From Eledone cirrhosa (Eukaryota): a stretch of 64,000 nucleotides of DNA. A model generated the notes under the pieces. The model was not told the origin of the DNA. It did not search any database and was given only the letters and a program-made list of their open reading frames with translations. The DNA lies in assembly GCA_964016885.1 (NCBI GenBank), contig OZ024743.1, forward strand, positions 135,904,001-135,968,000, written 5' to 3'. Below, in pieces: positions 60,901-64,000 of the stretch (its first letter is position 1; every line of letters begins with the position of its first letter). The translations under genes were made by a program, and so were the position numbers.

Positions 60901-63900
60901 TTGGTGTCTGGTGCTTGGTGTTTGGTGCTTGGTGTTTGGTGTTTGGTGCTTGGTGCTTGGTGTTTGGTGTTTGGTGCTTGGTGTTTGGTGTTTGGTGCTT
61001 GTTGCTTGGTGCTTGATGTTTGGTGCTTGGTGCTTGGTGTTTGGTGCTGGGTGCTTGGTGCTTGTTATTTGGTTTTTGGTGCTTGGTGCTTGGTGTTTGG
61101 TGTTTGGTGTTATATGCTTGGTGTTTGATGCTTGGTGCTTGGTGCTTGGTGTTTGGTGTTTGGTGTTTGGTGCTTGGTGCTTGGTGTTTGGTGCTTGGTG
61201 CTGAGTGGTTGGTGTTTGGTGCTTGGTGTTTGGTGCTGGGTGCTTGGTGTTTGGTGCTGTGTGCTTGGTGTTTGGTGCTTGGTGCTTGGTCTTTGGTGCT
61301 TGGTGTTTGGTGCTTGGTGCTTGGTGCTTGGTGTTTGGTGCTTGGTGCTTGGTGTTTGGTGCTTGGTGCTTGGTGTTTGCTGTTTGCTGTTTGGTGTTTG
61401 TTGTTTGGTGTTTGTTGTTTGGTGTTTGCTGTTTGGTGTTTGGTGTTTGCTTTTTGGTGTTTGGTGTTTGCTGTATGTTGTTTGCTGTTTGGTGTTTGGT
61501 GTTTGGTGCCTGGTGCTTGGTGCTTGGTGCTTGGTGTTTGGTGTTTGGTGCTTGGTGCTTGGTGCTTGGTGTTTGGTGCTTGGTGCTTGGTGTTTTGTGT
61601 TTCGTGTTTGGTTTTTGGTGCTTGGTGCTTGGTGCTTGGTCCTTGGTGTTAGGTGCTGGGTGCTTTGTTTTTGGTGCTTGGTGCTTGGTGTTTGGTGTTT
61701 GCTGCTTGGTGCTTGATGCTTGGTGTTTGGTGCTTGGTGCTTGGTGCTTGGTGTTTGTACTTGGTGCTTGGTGCTTGGTGTTTGGTTCTTGGTTCTTGGT
61801 GTTTGGTGTTTGGCATTTGGTGTTTGGTGCTTGGTGCTTGGTGTTTGGTGCTTGGTGCTTGGTGTTTGGTGCCTGGTGCTTGGTGCTTGGTGCTTGGTGT
61901 TTGTAGTTTGGTGTTTGGTGCTTGGTGCTTGGTGCTTGGTCCTTGGTGTTTGGTGCTGGGTGCTTTGTGTTTGGTGATTGGTGCTTGGTGTTTGGTGTTT
62001 GCTGCTTGGTGTTTGATGCTTGGTGCTTGGTGTTTTGTGTTTGGTGCTTGGTGCTTGGTGTTTGGTGCTTGGTGCTTGGTGCTTGGTGTTTGTACTTGGT
62101 GCTTGGTGTTTGGTGTTTGGTTCTTGGTTCTTGGTGTTTGGTACTTGGTGCTTGGTGCTTGGTGCTTGGTGTTAGGTATTTGGTGCTTGGTGCTTCGTGT
62201 TTGGTGCTTGGTATTTGGTGTTTGCTGTTTGGAGTTTGGTGTTTGGTGTTTGGTTTTGCTGTCTGGTGTCTGCTTTTTGGTGTTTAGTGTTTGCTGTATG
62301 GTGTTTGCTGTTTCGTGTTTGGTGTTTGCTGTTTGGTGTTTGGTCTTTGGTGCTTGGTGTTTGGTGCTTGGTGTTTGGTGTTTGGTGCTTGCTGCTTGGT
62401 GTTTGGTGTTTGGTGCTTGGTGCTTGGTGTTTGGTGTTTAGTGTTTGGTGCTTGGTGTCTGGTGCTTGGTGTTTGGTGTTTGGTGCTTGGTGTTTGGTGT
62501 TTGGTGATTGGTGCTTGGTGTTTGGTGTTTGCTGCTTGGTGTTTGATGCGTGGTGCTTGGTGTTTTGTGTTTGGTGCTTGGTGCTTGGTGTTTGCTGCTT
62601 GGTTCTTGGTGCTTGGTGTTTGTACTTGGTGCTTGGTGCTTGGTGTTTGGTTCTTGGTTCTTGGTGTTTGGTACTTGGTGCTTGGTGTTTGGTGTTTGCT
62701 GTTTGGTGTTTGGTGTTTGGTGTTTGGTGTTTGCTGTTTGGTGTCTGCTTTTTGGTGTTTAGTGTTTGCTGTATGGTGTTTGGTGTTTGCTGTTTGGTCT
62801 TTGGTCTTTGGTGCTTGGTGTTTGGTGCTCGGTGCTTGGTGTTTGGTATTCGGTGCTTGCTGCTTGGTGTTTGGTGCTTGGTGTTTGGTGTTTGGTGTTT
62901 GGTGCTTGGTGTCTGGTGCTTGGTGTTTGGTGCTTGGTGTTTGGTGTTTGGTGCTTGGTGTTTGGTGTTTGGTGTTTGGTGCTTGGTGCTTGGTGTTTGG
63001 TGTTTGGTGTTTGGTGCTTGGTGTCTGGTGCTTGGTGTTTGGTGTTTGGTGCTTGGTGTTTGGTGTTTGGTGTTTGTTGCTTGGTGCTTGGTGCTTGGTG
63101 TTTGGTGTTTGGTGTTTGGTGGTTGGTGCTTGGTGTTTGGTGCTTGGTGCTGAGTGGTTGGTGTTTGGTGCTTGGTGTTTGGTGCTGGGTGCTTGGTTTT
63201 TGGTCCTGGGTGCTTGGTGTTTGGTGCTTGGTGCTTGGTGCTTGGTGTTTGGTGCTTGGTGCTTGGTGTTTGGTGCTTGGTGCTTAGTGTTTGGTGCTAG
63301 GTGCTTGGTGTTTGGTGTTTGGTGTTTGGTGCTTGGTGTCTGGTGCTTGGTGTTTGGTGTTTGGTGATTGGTGTTTGGTGTTTGGTGTTTGGTGCTTGGT
63401 GCTTGGTGTTTGGTGTTTGGTGTTTGGTGCTTGGTGTTTGGTGCTTGGTGCTTGGTGTTTGGTGTTTGGTGCTTGGTGCTTGGTGCTTGGTGTTTGGTGT
63501 TTGGTGTTTGGTGCTTGGTGCTTGGTGTTTGGTGCTTGGTGCTGAGTGGTTGGTGTTTGGTGCTTGGTGTTTGGTGCTGGGTGCTTGGTTTTTGGTCCTG
63601 GGTGCTTGGTGTTTGGTGCTTGGTGCTTGGTGCTTGGTGTTTGGTGCTTGGTGCTTGGTGTTTGGTGCTTGGTGCTTAGTGTTTGGTGCTAGGTGCTTGG
63701 TGTTTGGTGCTTGGTGTTTGGTGCTTGGTGCTTGGTGTTTGGTGTTTGGTGTTTGGTGCTTGGTGCTTGGTGTTTGCTGTTTGCTGTTTGGTGTTTGTTG
63801 TTTGGTGTTTGTTGTTTGGTGTTTGCTGTTTGGTGTTTGGTGTTTGCTATTTGGTGTTTGGTGTTTGCTGTATGTTGTTTGCTGTTTGGTGTTTGGTGTT

Positions 63901-64000
63901 TGGTGTTTGGTGTTTGGTGTTTGGTGTTTGGTGCTTGGTGTTTGGTGCTTGGTGCTTGGTGTTTGGTGCCTGGTGCTTGGTGCTTGATGCTTGGTGTTTG
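60600..64000 (+). repeat. Paralogue of about 53.4-56.4 kb (offset 7.2-7.6 kb)
   Basis: ORF twins 53500/60691 (7191), 54636/62197 (7561) and ORF ends 56356/63987 (7631). Both share a TTGGTAT variant at about 54647 and 62208 that the left-hand copies lack. Confidence 0.78.

Larger units (their letters stand above)
1..64000 (+). repeat. Heptanucleotide simple satellite array (TTGGTGY)n, about 9,100 units, single orientation, open at both window ends
   Basis: Seen directly: the sequence parses into TTGGTGC/TTGGTGT units from position 2 to the end. Scattered variants include TTGATGC, TAGGTGT, TTGCTGT, TTGGTAC and TTGGTTC, plus a few 6-, 8- and 9-bp units. The + strand is almost all G and T, with A only in variant units. 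Confidence 0.99.

Noticed and set aside
2-63987. Hundreds of + strand ORFs up to 611 aa resembling Trp/Cys-rich membrane proteins
   Set aside because: All three frames give the same heptapeptide and overlap fully. Starts are mostly TTG/GTG from the repeat itself and stops come from sporadic variant units. There is no unique domain or codon-position bias.
1-64000. CRISPR array or diversity-generating cassette suggested by the constant TTGGTG plus a variable base
   Set aside because: There is no 23-50 bp repeat with unique spacers and no cas, reverse transcriptase or recombinase gene. The variation is inherited in duplicated blocks.
1-64000. Bacterial heptamer repeats such as cyanobacterial STRR2 TT(G/T)GTCA or contingency-locus repeats
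   Set aside because: The motif differs, and such arrays are short tracts among genes. A gene-free array of 64 kb or more does not fit.
1-64000. Canonical telomere tract (TTAGG, TTAGGG, TTTAGGG)
   Set aside because: TTAGG appears only inside isolated variant units and never in tandem. GGG runs are rare.
1-64000. Resemblance of GCTTGGTG to the E. coli Chi site GCTGGTGG
   Set aside because: It is not an exact match, and such similarity is expected by chance in G/T-rich repeats. There is no bacterial context.
1-64000. Pure sequencing artefact or simulated low-complexity sequence
   Set aside because: Rare variant units recur in collinear order at consistent offsets with differing divergence levels, which random base-calling noise would not produce. 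Copy-number mis-assembly is still possible and is noted in the findings.
1-64000. Nucleosome or helical phasing (3 units = 21 bp, about two turns; 21 units = 147 bp)
   Set aside because: This arithmetic holds for any 7-mer. I could not see a 21- or 147-bp periodicity in the variant pattern by eye. An autocorrelation analysis would be needed.

Overview
The whole 64-kb window is one uninterrupted, single-orientation tandem array of the heptamer TTGGTG(C/T) (reverse complement (G/A)CACCAA), about 9,100 units (64000/7). It runs off both ends. I see no unique sequence, credible gene, RNA gene, mobile element or CRISPR array. Every listed ORF is a translation of the repeat: WCLV[L/F]G[A/V] in all three + frames and KHQ[A/T]P[S/N]T on the - strand. 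The structure lies inside the array. Position 7 is a mixed C/T site, and rare variant units act as markers that reveal nested duplications: 126-511 bp, 1.0-1.2 kb, 2,144 bp, 2.6-5.5 kb, 11,116 bp, about 17.4 kb and about 36.9 kb. In each duplication I counted, the offset equals whole 7-mers minus the 6-mer units it contains, so those junctions keep the repeat phase. This best fits a eukaryotic simple-satellite block (centromeric, pericentromeric or subtelomeric) evolving by unequal exchange. Organism and function cannot be determined from this sequence. I found no support for a novel protein-coding system. Block boundaries were read by eye and are approximate (about 100 bp).
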